From Camelus ferus (Eukaryota): 64,000 bases of DNA. The position numbers and the translations under genes were made by a program. The notes below the pieces were generated by a model. It saw only the letters and a program-made list of their open reading frames with translations. It was not told the DNA's origin and did no database searches. Positions 12,897 through 24,810 of the stretch are shown one piece after another (positions within the stretch are counted from its first letter, which is position 1; each line of letters begins with the position of its first letter). The stretch is from NCBI RefSeq assembly GCF_009834535.1, contig NC_045697.1, forward strand, positions 109,742,001-109,806,000. The letters run 5' to 3'.

Positions 12897-13084
12897 CAGT
12901 GGATCACAGACTGTCGTGTGCATCAGAATCACCTGGAGGGTTTCTTCAAACACAGGTTGCTGGGTCCTGTCCCCAGAGTTTCTGATTCAGTAGGTTTGGA
13001 GGTGGGGCAAGAATTTGCATTTCTAACAAGCTCCCAGGTAAAGCTGATGCTGCTGGCCCAGGGACTGCCCTTTGAGAACTGCTG
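12897..13084. mobile_element. MER5A hAT-Charlie element
   Basis: cagtgg...catcagaatcacctggaggg...ccccagagtttctgattcagtagg...gaatttgcatttctaacaagctcccagg...tttgagaactgctg, with ctag-containing hAT target flanks. Confidence 0.85.
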
Positions 13085-13334
13085 TTCTAGGACATCTCCA
13101 GGCTTTGCTATTTATAGACATCACATCTGTGTCACATTGTGTTTAAATTTACTTAAAATTCATCAAGTCTTCTGGTTTATAAATGGCTAAAGCTGACGTA
13201 TGCTTTTGGACTACTGGACTGAAAGTCTGGCATTCGTTTTGTGAAAACAGAAGATGTGCTGGTCCAAGCAGGAGAGGTTATTTATTAAATACGGCCCAGG
13301 TTGTCTGTTCTCTTTTAGATGCTGTTGTCTCATT

Positions 13335-14002
13335 CAGGCTGGACTGGTGATGTGCTCACCTGGTAGCATCAGTATCTTGATTATCAAGGTATTGACTATT
13401 ACCCTCCTGTGCTGTGCCCTGTGACATGGGGGCTGGAACTCGGCAGGCTGCCTCTCTGCTGGGTTATGCCAATAGGAGGCACTAGAGGGCAGCTTTGAGG
13501 ATGGAGGGGGAAGGATTTGCTCCTTCTGGTCTACTCCTGTTCCTGTCAGTGTCGTCCCTTGTTCATTCTGGCAATGGCAGCTGGGTCCAGTGTCCAGTTT
13601 TTTCCCCGCTCTCAGAAGCATGCTCACTGAAGCCCCTCAGGGATGAACTCCAGACAGTCAGTGCCCTTTCCCTTAGAGATCTGGGCTTTAGCTCCACGGT
13701 GTCCCTTCTCCAAGTTCCAGAGACACCAGCGCTTAGTCAAGCAACACACTTCCTTGGAGGTCTGGGTCCTCACTCTGCAGGGTTACTATTCCAGGCTTCT
13801 AGTTTCTAATCATTCCACTTGCTTCCCTTTGTCCCCACAGCCTGCGGGGTGGCCACTGCCTCCTGCAGTAACATCTCTGGGTTACCTCAGGGTTCCCTTT
13901 GCTTTTTCAGTCCTTCCATATTTAAACAACTCCCTGTATTAAATTCTGTCTGTTGAAAGAGCACCTTTTGGGTTTTTGCTTTTCTGACTGAACTCTGATA
14001 CC
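13335..14002 (+). mobile_element. Ancient ERVL LTR (LTR33/LTR41-like)
   Basis: gccaataggaggcactagaggg near the 5' part. 3' end attaaattctgtctgttgaa...ttttctgactgaactctgata is typical of old ERVL LTRs. Confidence 0.6.
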
Positions 14003-14268
14003 AGCCGTGTCCATCTCACTGTGACAAGTGTGCTATTAGTGATATTAGCACTCTGCTACGGCCTTCGAATCCCAGAATGTGGGTATTATCATGTGCTTTA
14101 AAAGCTATCCAGGAAGCATATAAACTACTGTCTTTCTTCGGCTGTAGTTCAACAGAGCACTTGAATCGGAATCACTTGGAGGGCTTGTTTAAAATGCGCA
14201 TTCCTGAGTCTCACCCCCAGACAAATTTGCATTTCAGATAAACTTTCTAGGTGAGTGTCCATTACGGC

Positions 14269-14979
14269 TATGATGATTAATTTTGTGTCGACTTGGCAAG
14301 GCTATGGTGCTCAGTTGTTTGGTCAAACACCAGTCTAGATATTGGCTGTGAAGATATTTTTAAGATCGGATTTACATTTTAAAAAATACTTTATTTTTTT
14401 TAAACAAAAGAAGAATTTATGGGTTACTTTCTATTAACAGTGATCACAAAATATTGGCTACATTCCTCATGTTGTATAGTACATCCTTGAGCCCATCTTA
14501 CACCCAATAGTTTGTACTTCCCGCTCCCCCACCGCTATCTTGCCCCCCCCCGTTTCCCACAGCTAACCCCTAGTTTGTTCTCTATATCTGTGAGTCCACC
14601 TCTTTTTTGTTGTGTTCACTAGTCTGTTGTGTTTTTTAGATTCCACATTTAAGTGATATCATACGGTAGTTGTCTTTCTCTGTTGTGATTCACATTTAAA
14701 TTAGTAGACTTTGGGTAAGGCAGATAACCCTCCATAATGTGGGTGGGCCGCATCCAATCAGTTGAGGGTCTTAAGACCAAAGACCAACATTTCCGAAAGA
14801 AAGGATCTGGCCTCAAAGCTGCAACAGAGGAAACGTGCTTGAGTTTCCAGCCTGCTGGCCTGTTCTGTGGATTCAACTTTTACCTGACTTTCCAGTCTTC
14901 TGGGCTTGCAAGCCACCATAATCTTGTGAGTCGACTCGACTCCTGAAAATAGATATCTTTGTCTCTACCTTTCTCTCTC

Positions 14980-15018
<39 letters not shown>

Positions 15019-15050
15019 ATTTAATTGGTTCTATTTTTTCTGGAGGACCT
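14269..15050 (+). mobile_element. MLT2-type ERVL LTR interrupted by an L1 fragment, with (TG)n
   Basis: 5' tgatgattaattttgtgtcgacttggc..ggtcaaacaccagtctagat; resumes at ttagtagactttgggtaaggcagataaccctccataatgtgggtgggc; ends ttggttctatt..tctggag. Confidence 0.75.
14380..14685 (-). mobile_element. L1 3' UTR fragment inside MLT2
   Basis: ctagtttgttctctatatctgtgagt...ttagattccacatttaagtgatatcatacggta, flanked by gatttacattt/gattcacattt (candidate TSD). Confidence 0.75.
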
Positions 15051-16761
15051 GAGGTGGGGCTCAGGCATCTGCATTTTAACCAGCACTCTAGGTGATTATG
15101 ATGTGCTGGACTATGCAGTTTTCTAGTGAGAGCTTTAGAGAGCAGAAAGCTCTGTCAAAATGGTCACCAAGTGCTTTGAAACAAATGGTTTATTTGTGCA
15201 TTCATCCAATAGGTATTTCTCATGGGTGTACCACAGGCCTAGGAACTATTCCGGCATGCACTGGGCATACTGTAGTGTATGAGGTAAATCTCAGCAACTT
15301 TCCAGAGGAGTCCTCACTCTACAGGACTCTTAAGGTGGATCTTCTTGGCCAATTTAAAAAAATTAGGCTTGTATACATTTTAAAGTTCTACATCTATCTT
15401 CTTTCCCTTCTTGTATACTAAAATTTTGACTTTAGCCATAATAACTATGCTTTTATGGTGATTCCATGCTTTAAGAAAATTTTCTTTAGTCTTAGAGTCA
15501 GGTCTTTTGGCATTTAATTGTTAAAGCCCTATTTTTTTTTTAAATTTTTAGTGAAGATATTGTAAATTAAATTCAAGAAGTACTTACTATGTGCAAGGCA
15601 TTATATTAAATATTTTCTCCTTTGGGGGTTCACAGTTTAGGTAGGAAAAGACTAGGATCCTAAACTAGCCATTAAAACACAGCTGAGTTGTCCTAAAGGC
15701 GTGTGTGCAATGTCCTGGGAGGACAGAAAGGGTTCCATCCTGGAGCTGGCTGTAGGAGGCAACCTCTGCTCTGACTTAAGTAAGATTTCTTGAATTGACA
15801 GAGTTACAACGTTGTGTATAAGCACTGAAAAATCAAGCTACAGGGCTCCCTAACGTTCCACTCCGCGCCATAGGTCCTGACTTTAGTTTCTGCTGCCTTT
15901 TGTTTATTTGGTATCAGACTCATTGCTGGGGGTGGTGTGTGTGGAGCTGAGGGGGAGGTACTGAAAATAAAGTTGTTCGGGGGAGATAACACTGAATCTT
16001 GATCCTGCATTTTTTTGATCTTCCATTATCTTCTGAGTTTCTTTTGGCTCTAGACTCTAGACATTTGAGAATGAATCTTAATCACCATATGAAGTAAAGT
16101 TAAGGTAACAATGATTTTTATTGATAATAGGGCATTTTTCTTTGAATGTTGTATTTGGTAAATGCTAGGTTCCAAGTTTCTCATAAGGAACGAATTTTCC
16201 AAGAGACCCCAAAGGAATGTGCTGCATATTTCACGCACAGACCAGGAGGAGCTGGAGTAGATTAGTACCCAAGGAATCCGTGTATCCTGAAACACAGATT
16301 CATTCAACATATTCAAACACAGGTTTCAGTTACTAGATCCTGCTTCAAACTATCCTTCTGAAGATAATTTCTGAAATGACATGGTCCATGTTCAAATTAA
16401 GAAGGTGAAAGGAAAGGTCATGTTTGATTGAGTCACCAATGAAAACAGGAGAATTTCTGCATCATATATCTTTTATGCCACATTTTTTTAGTCACCCTTT
16501 GTGAAGATGATGCCAATAAAGGCATCCAAAGTTTTGATCCTTCAGTCATTTTGTTTTACTAAGGAAAGAAGCCCAAGTCCTTATCATTTTGTATTTGGAC
16601 TCTTTATTGAAGGTGCACACGCACAGACACACAATGTGCAGATACAAATTACATGCACACACACGTGATGATACAGTAGCCTCAAAATACATGACAGGAG
16701 GCACAGCCCCTGTCACAGAGTTGGGAAGGGTGGGGGAGTGCTCGCTCACGATTAATTGATC

Positions 16762-18024
16762 TGTTACCAGACTCAGGTTTGGCTGCTCATGGCCCGAAAG
16801 CCAATACTCAAGAGATGAGTGTTGGCTGGAAAGGGAAAGTTGCTTTATTTAAGAGTCTGGCAACCTGGGGAGATGACAGTCTTGTGTCCAAAAACCAACT
16901 CCAAAGATTCTGCTTGATCATGAAAATTTTAAAAGGGAGAATCATTTGAGGAGGGGGTCAGAGTCTTTTTGTCTTTTCACTGTGGGCAAACTTTCTCCTG
17001 ATTGGCTGGTGGTGAGGTAGCAGGGCGATGCTCCTGGAATCTTGTGCTCTGCTGGAAGTAACTATCCTCTGCCTGGGTGGGAGCCTTAGTTCCTACAGAA
17101 GGACTCAACGGTATTGTTATGTATATTCTTTGAGGAGGATCCGGGACCTGCCCTGAGGCTGCACTGTTGTTTCTTGACTGCCCCTTCTTTGTTTCTGCCT
17201 TCCCTCCCTTCTCTGATGAGCAATTGTTTGAATCTGCCCTGTGGAACTCAGGGAAGGTCAAGGAGGCTGAGTGAAGCCTATTTCCTACAAACAAGAAACA
17301 GGGGACACACAAAGGATCTGTACCAGTGAGACAGGGAGGAAGGGGGCAGGGCACAGCCATTCAAGGAATGACACAGCAGTTAACACCAAAAAGGCAGAAG
17401 ATTCAATTCCCAGTAGGTCTTGAGGCCCAAGATGGTGGGAGATCTGACTTCTAGCAGAACTTGAGCTTCATTGTATGTTCAGTGTAATACATTAACACGG
17501 TAAATAACATGCCCACAGGCGCCCTGATAGTTCCAAGGTTAACCACAAAATGTCAAAGAGTGGGCAGTGGCCAAATTCCTGGGAATCCCAGCCTCTTCTC
17601 CAGGGTGGTTGGAATGATCCTCCCACTTGTTAGCACATGAAGCTACCAAGCCCATAAGAAATGGCAGCACCACACTTCGCAGAGGCCTCTTTCGCTCCTC
17701 ATCTTCAGAGACGGCCTGCACTCCATCTACGGAGTGTGTATCTACTTTTACTTTAACCTGAGCACCCAACTCCCACACTTCATGGCCTTTCTCTTGCCTT
17801 TGAGACAGCCTACACTCTATGCTGTACTTATTTCTCTAAATAAATCTGCCTTTATTCAACTGTCGCTTACACTCAAATTCTTTCCGGCATGAAGCCAAGG
17901 ACCCACACTTGGCGGGGCACGTCCCAGGGGCTCAACCAAGACCTGGGACACAGCCCTCCTCTAGCCCCACATTCGTTTTTCCTGTATCACCAGGAAGGAC
18001 CCCACAGGGTCCTGCTCCGTTTCA
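16762..18024 (-). mobile_element. ERV1-class solo LTR (outer), split by a second LTR
   Basis: TG...CA ends with TSD gatc/gatt. tttatt (minus-strand polyA signal) at ~16844. Sequence resumes after the inner LTR at 17994. Confidence 0.7.
17327..17989 (+). mobile_element. ERV1-class solo LTR (inner), same family as 1840-2417
   Basis: tgagacagg...cctgtatca with perfect 4-bp TSD CCAG (17323-17326/17990-17993). Shares the gagacggcctgcactccatctacggagtgtgtatct motif and AATAAA. Confidence 0.85.
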
Positions 18025-18074
18025 GATTCTCTACATTAAAAAAGACACTTCAGTCACCCCTGAGACATTCAAAT

Positions 18075-18612
18075 TGGGTGAAATAGAGAACTGGTGCTCT
18101 GGACATAGAATCCATGAACATATTAGCTTAAAAATTGTGCTCAATATATTTTACATATTCTCAAGGGTTCCTGAGGTCAAAACCATTTACAGAAGGCCCT
18201 ATAGTTCCAAGGCATAATTTGCCCTTTTAAGTCCCCTTGTACAAGAGTGTACAGTGGAGTTTTCCCGTGGCTGCCCAACATGTGTTATCACACAGATTGA
18301 GGGCAGAAGCAGATGTGAAAAGTCGGCTGCTTTTGATTAAGTCAGACATTAAAGAGACTTGCAAACATGAAAACAATGCCACTTTTCTCACTCATTTTCT
18401 TTTGCTTTGACAAAGACAGTTAAAGTTTCATCAGTAATGTCATTTAGGTTAACATCTAATGGTTTATTATAGAAATTAAAAATAAATAAATATTTCAAAT
18501 GTACATTTCCATTTTGAATTCAGTAAATATCCATAGATATAGTCAACATGAATTAAAACTTTTTGAGGTTTTCAGTTATTTTTCAGAGTTTACGGGAGCT
18601 TGAAGACCAAAG
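18075..18612. mobile_element. Charlie1-like hAT DNA transposon fragment
   Basis: gcagaagcagatgtgaaaa..cggctg..ttaagtcagacattaaagagacttgcaaa..aaaacaatgccact resembles the recalled Charlie1 consensus. Confidence 0.65.
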
Positions 18613-19176
18613 GGCTTCATAGTGGAGGTGGTGTCTTGGTTGGGTCTTCAAGAAGGGTGGGGTTTAGAGAATCAATATGGAGGTTGGCGTTTCAGGCAGA
18701 CCTGGAGGAGCCTTGTGTGGGGAATGGGAGGGTTGGTATGGTCTAGACCATAGTCAGGATCAAAGAGTAGGTCCAGGATTGTTATGAACCCAGCCCTGAC
18801 CTTCTGGAAGATCTTTCTTTTCTCCTTCCCTCTTGACAATACAGGAAATGGGAACTGAGGAACGTGTTCTCCTTGGGGGCTGGGTAGCTTTCTTAAATTT
18901 TGTCCTTCGCAAGGAAGGGTGATTTGAGCCTCAAACATTCAAAGGCCTTTTCTCTGTTGTTTCTTTGGTAATGCAAATATCTCAAACACTTCATAAAATT
19001 CTACTTACTTCTAATCAGTTCTGTGAGCCAGTAACTATACCTAAGTTCTTTGTGAGGCATAATTTTCAGATGTGTTGATTACTTTGCTTCCCACCTCTCT
19101 CAGCCTAATGGGGCTACCTCCTGGCCACCTGGAAAATAGAAGGTCACACCCTTAATGCACTGAACTCTGCCCTGAG

Positions 19177-19358
19177 TTTGTTTGTTTGTTTTTTTTTTTT
19201 CTTTCCCCTCCTTCCATCCCTCCTTTCTTTCTCCCCTTTCTCCCTCCCTCCCTCTCTTTCTTTCTTTCTTCCTTCCTTTCTCCCTTTCTTTCTTTTCCTT
19301 CCTTCCTTCCTTCCTTCCTTCCTTCCTTCCTTCCTTCCTTCTTTCTTCTTTCCCTTTT
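19177..19358. repeat. Pyrimidine-rich simple repeat, (TTCC)n/(TTTC)n
   Basis: About 180 bp of near-pure C/T with tandem TTCC. Confidence 0.9.
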
Positions 19359-19879
19359 GCTACTAAAAGATTTTATACAGCACCACACTCTTAGGCTGAT
19401 CTTTTGCTCTGTGTCACTTTGGGCCCTTCTTGCTCAAAAGCCTTCTTCATCTCTTGTGATCTGGCATGCTTTTCCAATTTTGCAACACCACCTGAATTTC
19501 TCAAGAATCAATTTGTAACTCAGGCAGTTTTCTCTAGTTCATCTCTTTCTTTTTAATTCCTTGCTAAACAGAATCAATAACAACCAACAGGTATGACTAA
19601 GGTTCTGTTTTTCATCCCCTCCCTCACAAGGTCATTAGGTACATGGGGGTCTATGTCCCAGGTCACTGCAGGAACAGTGAACCAAATGTAATAACATCAC
19701 CAATTTCCCAGCCTCTGGTAGCAGTTTTTTCAGTGACTGCTCTTTGACCATCAGTGTCACGTATTTGTTTGTTTGTTTCTTTGTGTTAAACATCAGCATC
19801 CCACGCTGGGTATCAATCTACGTGTTTAGTCAAGATAGACAAAAATCATGATTTATTTACAAACCTCAGTGGCTTAACA

Positions 19880-20520
19880 CACTGACTACTGCCAAATTGC
19901 TCTCCGAAAGGGCTGTTCCCACTGACAGTTCATGAAAGGTTCCTCTGTTTGTCCCCACATTCTCTGCAGTCTCCTGTTGTCCAGCTTTCAAAATGTTGTC
20001 AGTCTAATGGGTGTGAAGTGAATGATCACTGTTGCTTTAATTTGCATTTCCCAGACGACTAATGAGTTTGCACAGCTCTTCAAAAGCTTGTAGTCCGTTG
20101 GGTTTCTTCTCTTATAAATTGTTCATTCATATCTTTTGTCCATTTTTTTTTTCTATTAGTGTTCTTTGTTGGTCTGTTTCTGTTGATTTTTAGGGGTTCC
20201 TAATATATACCAGTTGGTTTTAGACACACATGTTTTTCCTTTGATTTCTCATCTGTTTGTTAACTTTCTCAAATGGTGTACTTTTAAAATTTTTATATAA
20301 GTAAATTGTTAACTTATTCTTCTTATTATTTTGGTTTGTGATTTTAGGATTTTCTTTAATACTTCTTCACTTAGGTTATAAAAATATTTTATATTTTCTT
20401 CTATTAAGTTTCTAGAACTTTCCATTAGGTCTTTATCCATCATGAGTCTACCTTTGCTGTAATACTGGATAAGGATTTCATTTTATTTTTATCTGCAGAG
20501 TAAGTCAGTTTGTCAAAAGC
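19880..20520 (-). mobile_element. Old L1 (L1M-type) ORF2/3' fragment
   Basis: tgccaaattgctctccgaaagggctg...gctttaatttgcatttcccagacgactaatga...ttgttcattcatatcttttgtccatttt are degenerate antisense L1 motifs. Confidence 0.65.
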
Positions 20521-20542
20521 AGGATTTTGTCTCAGACCTGTT

Positions 20543-20570
20543 TATTTATATATATTTATATATATATATT

Positions 20571-20602
<32 letters not shown>

Positions 20603-20639
20603 TATATATATATATATATATATACAAATATATATATAT
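20543..20639. repeat. (TA)n microsatellite, interrupted
   Basis: About 95 bp of tatata with tt interruptions. Confidence 0.95.
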
Positions 20640-21489
20640 CCCTCCCTCCCATAAGCCTAGAACAAATAGTATGCACCCAAGAAATATCTGTTGGTTCACC
20701 GAATTAAAAAAAATAATAAAAAAAATTATGCTCCCAAATTGTTGTCTCAATTGACGTATTCTGGGAATTACTTACCTTAGATCCTGTCACTTTCAGTGTG
20801 GCTGGCCCCGAGAAAGTATTGTAGCCCACGGAGTATCCTTCCAAACTGATGCTTTTGATGACTAGAGGTTAACATTTCGAGCTTTAGAGCTTAAATGGAA
20901 GATTTCTTGTTTCCTGTTAAAATGTACCTACACCTGGGAGAGAAGAAAGATGGTGAGAGGAGTCCAGGAATGCAACAAGGTTGGAATATAGCCGTCTCTG
21001 GTATAGGCATCCATTAAGCCTTATCAGTTTGAATGGGGGAACTGGCAAAAATCCCAATATTTTGACTTTTATTAAATATTTGAATCCCACACACAAAAAT
21101 GTGCATATCTTCTCTCACTTATCTGTAATCAACTCTCAGTTCGTCTCCCACACTTCCAACCCGTCTCACTCCACGCAAACCCTCATAATCTCACCACCCA
21201 CTGAGGGCAGATGACTTTGCCTCCTGTTTCACTGAACGTGCTGAGGTCACCCAGCAGAACGTTTCTGTTTTACCTCAACATTCCTGTGCGTCCTTCTGAT
21301 ATTCTGGAGACACAAGTGCGCTTCCTCCTTTGTAAGGCTTAACCGTCCACCTGTGTGCGAACCTCATGCCTTTCTTTCCTCTTTATGATTTTGCTCCATC
21401 AGTTATCCTTCCCATTGTGTGTTCCTGTTCTTTTCCTATAAGCACATTCACGTGGCTGCTAAAGTGAGCCAACCTCACTGCTTCCCTGG

Positions 21490-22100
21490 GTGGTGGATGA
21501 ACTGGCTTTTTGCTTAACATCAGCTCCAACCTCCGCCTTGTGTTCCTTCCTGTTCTGTAGAGTTTGGGAGGTTAAAGGCTACATTTGCCTGAGTACCTTG
21601 AAACCGAGGTTTTGGATATGATTTAGGTTCTGTCAATTAGAGGTGCCTGCATGAGATGTGGGAAATGGAAATTAAAGGAGACATGAGGCGAGAATCACAA
21701 TTCGGTTCCTTCCCTGGCGAGCCACAGTGCTGGAGATGGTTGCTTCTCCGGGGGCAGCTGTAGCAGAGGCGTCCGTGTTGCGTGTCTACCTTCCTGGCTA
21801 TTGAGAGGCGAGGACAGAAGACCCACTTCGCCAGAGTGGATCGTGGCAGAGATGACGGGCTTCTGTGGCCAGCAGCCAGAGTGATGGCTTCCAGTTTCAT
21901 CTGGGAACCTCCTGGTTTGACGGCATCTTGGTCATGGCAGGTGCAGCAGCTTCCTTGGTGACCTGGTTTTGTGTCATGGCTTTGGGAGTTATTTCTGGAA
22001 AGTTTGATTGAATCTGCCCTTTCAAACTTCCCATTTTTTTTGCCAGTCAACTTATAATTTGTCATAAAAATGCCCCTTCTACTTAAACTGGCTAGCAGAT
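21490..22100 (+). mobile_element. LTR33-like ERVL LTR
   Basis: ctacatttgcctgag..ttttggatatgatttaggttctgtcaattagaggtgc and 3' taaaaatgccccttctacttaaactggctag resemble recalled LTR33. Confidence 0.6.
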
Positions 22101-22109
22101 TTGGGCCTG

Positions 22110-24208
22110 GTCTTCGGAGGCTTCTGTATGATAGGCTGGCATCGCCTGCAATGTGGATGGTCACAGCACTGTAGCCCCCTCCTGGGGGGCCAAGAGGACA
22201 GTGGGGAAGGGAGGGTCTCCTAGTGGGCTGACCACTCACTGACCACTGTACGTGGTTGCACTTTTGACCTGGAAGAAGAGATGTCCTGATTCACGGAACT
22301 AATGGTTTGGTTAGATTCTTGAGTACTTGTAAGGAGTGTGATGGGTAAACAGGTGACAAGGAGGTCTGAGGAAGAGATATGTGAGGAGACTTTCCCAAAC
22401 AGGCAGAGCCTAAATATATTTGTGTCCTACAGGAATACTTAAAAAAGAGCTGCCTCAGTAAGCACGATCTAAACAATTATCGTAGATACGATAGTTGGTT
22501 CTATAGAATTCGGTCTGTTTCTTTCGCCGGGCACCTTTGTCCTTGTTCAGTGAACTCATGGATAAGGTGGCTGAAGCAGCAGCCGCGGGGTGACGTGTGG
22601 TCTCAGCAGAGTGGACGGCCGTGCAGCAGGGACCGACTCCCCAGCCTGCCAGCACTGGAGACCAGCACCCAGACTTCAGGGCGGCATCCATCCCCAGGGC
22701 ATCAGCCTGCCACTGTTGGCAGATTGATCACACTGGACCACGTCTATGAGAGAAGGGGCGGCACTGGTTCTTATGAACATACACATTTACTCTGGATACA
22801 AATTCGCCTTTCCTGCTTCTGCCCAAATCACCGTCTGTGAATTTAAGAATGCCTTACTCACCATCTCGGCACTCCACGCAGCATTACTTCTGACCGAACC
22901 CCTCATTTTATGGCAGATGAAGCAGCAATGGGCTCCCCTCATGTGCTTCGCTGGTCTTACCAAGGTCTCTGATTCCCCGAAGCAGCAGGCTGGGAGAATG
23001 GTGGCCTTTTGACGAGTCACTGTGGTGCCAGCTGGGAAGAAACATCTTGCCTGGCCTCGGGAATGTCCTCAAAGTGATGACTATGCTCTAATTCCGCACC
23101 TAAGACAGGGTGTTTTCTCTCCCATAAGCAGGATTCATGTGTCTAGGAAGTCAAGGAGTGGAAATGGGAGAGGCTCCTTTTGCTGCTATCCCTGGTGTTT
23201 TGCTAGCAAAATGTTTGCTTCCCATCCTTGAGACTTCGGGTGCTGCTAGCATAGAAGGCTTAATTCCCAAAGGAAGAAGGGTCCCACGAGGGGATACAGC
23301 GAGGGTTCCATTAAGCTGCAAGGTGAAGGTGCCACCTGGCCACTGGGGCTCCTCATGCCTGTGAATCAATAAGAATTACTATAAGGATTACTGTACTGGT
23401 GGGGGGTTACTATCTGGGGGGATTACTGTATGAGGGGACTACTGTACTGGTGGGGGGATTACTATACCAGTGGGGGGGTTACTATACTGCTGAGGGGATT
23501 TCTGTATGGGAGGATTACTGTGTGGGGGGACTACTATACTGGCAGGGGGATTACTGTACTGGTAGGGGGAATACTGTACTGGTGAGGGGACTGGTTCTGA
23601 CCACTGAGATCAGCTCGTAAACAACAGGGGTAAGGAAGAACACGTCTGGAGTTCAGATGATTCCCTGGGGAGCCTCTTAGGACTCTTATGTTTGGTGATA
23701 AAAGTCAGTGGACGACTATGACATTAGGCCAGACCCTCCGGGAAGGAAGTTTTGGGTCACCTCACCAGGCAGAGAACTATGAGCAGCTAAGGTGCCTGCT
23801 GAGGGTGAAGGGAATGGGGAACAGGTAGTAGCAGAAGAGAGTAATAAATGTCACCTTAGACCACAGGACTAGTTCAGTGAAAAGGACTATAATATTGTGA
23901 GGATTTTTCCATATATATATAAACACATACAAATTCATCGCCCCACTTCCGTTTTCCTACCGTATAACCTTATATCTTATATCTCAGTAGTTAAGGGATA
24001 GGGTATCAAAGGGGACGTGTGACTCAGCTAGAAGAAGAACGAGCATCACCTAAAAGTGGACAAAGGGACTTTGTGTCCTCTTTTGGGAGAGAGGGTTAGT
24101 GTTTTCGATTAGACAAGAGTTGCAGCGTGTTAGGTAGAGGCATGCCTTTGAAATTCTCTTTATTTGGAAGTTAAATATAATTAAAAGAGGTATGCACTCA
24201 AGGCGGAC
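22110..24208 (+). mobile_element. Decayed ERV-L internal region (RNase H, integrase, dUTPase remnants)
   Basis: Frameshifted ERV-L pol motifs: RNase H-like GDKEV at ~22350, integrase PQGHQPA...IDHTGP and IHIYSGYKFAFPA, QGVEMGEAP, and dUTPase-like IEGLIPKG..VPRGDTARVPLSCKVKVPPGH. PPT-like aaggcggac lies just before the 3' LTR. Confidence 0.85.
23373..23590 (+). repeat. G-rich minisatellite, ~12 units of ~13-21 bp (gattactgtactggtggggg)
   Basis: Tandem degenerate units read directly from the sequence. Confidence 0.9.
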
Positions 24209-24810
24209 TGTGATGGCTTTGTCGTGTGCCGACTAGGTGAGAACCAAGCTTCCCCGAATTTGTTTCCTCTGTGGTTTGGGGTGAGGACGAGGTTACAGCT
24301 GAAGAAGAAGTATGCATGCAGTCTGGAAGGCGGGAGTCAAGTGATCTGAGGTTGGCGGGGGCGGTGGCGGCACCTGCTGCCCCCGCACAGGGAGGCTGAT
24401 GTGCTGGTTCACTTTGTGGGCACGGGGCAGCTGCTGGGCCCACATTCCCCCAGCTTCTCTCAGATCTCCACTTTCAGTCTCTCGGAATTGTAGGACAGGT
24501 GTGTGCACGGCTCGCTAGCGAAGGGCACCAGCTCCGTCTGTCAGTGGCATCATTGAGGTGGGAGGTGGTGAGAACAGGCACAGCTTCCGGTTTGCCTTTG
24601 CCGGTTCACAGCTTCACAACCATCTTTTCTTTGCCTGCTGGTCCTCAGACCTGCGGCAGTTTCAGGCCTGCACTAGATGCACAGGGACCGTTGCCCTTCC
24701 ATTGGATTTTTTTTAACCGGTTCTACTGCATAAGGTCTTTTCCTATAATAAATCAATTTCTCCTGTCACTCATGGTGGTGTTGCTTCTCTGTTAAACCCT
24801 GACTAATACA
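24209..24810 (+). mobile_element. ERVL 3' LTR
   Basis: Starts tgtgatgg right after the PPT-like tract, AATAAA at ~24747, ends ccctgactaataca. Confidence 0.75.

Noticed and set aside
19152..19518. Overlapping F/L/P/S-rich and K/E/R/G-rich ORFs
   Set aside because: Translations of the (TTCC)n simple repeat.
20510..20754. YI-repeat ORFs
   Set aside because: Translations of the (TA)n microsatellite.
21637..22239. 200-aa minus-strand ORF
   Set aside because: Antisense to an LTR33-like/ERVL relic, non-ATG start, no recognisable homology.
23373..23590. CRISPR-like array
   Set aside because: Head-to-tail degenerate units with no unique spacers, in eukaryotic ERV context.
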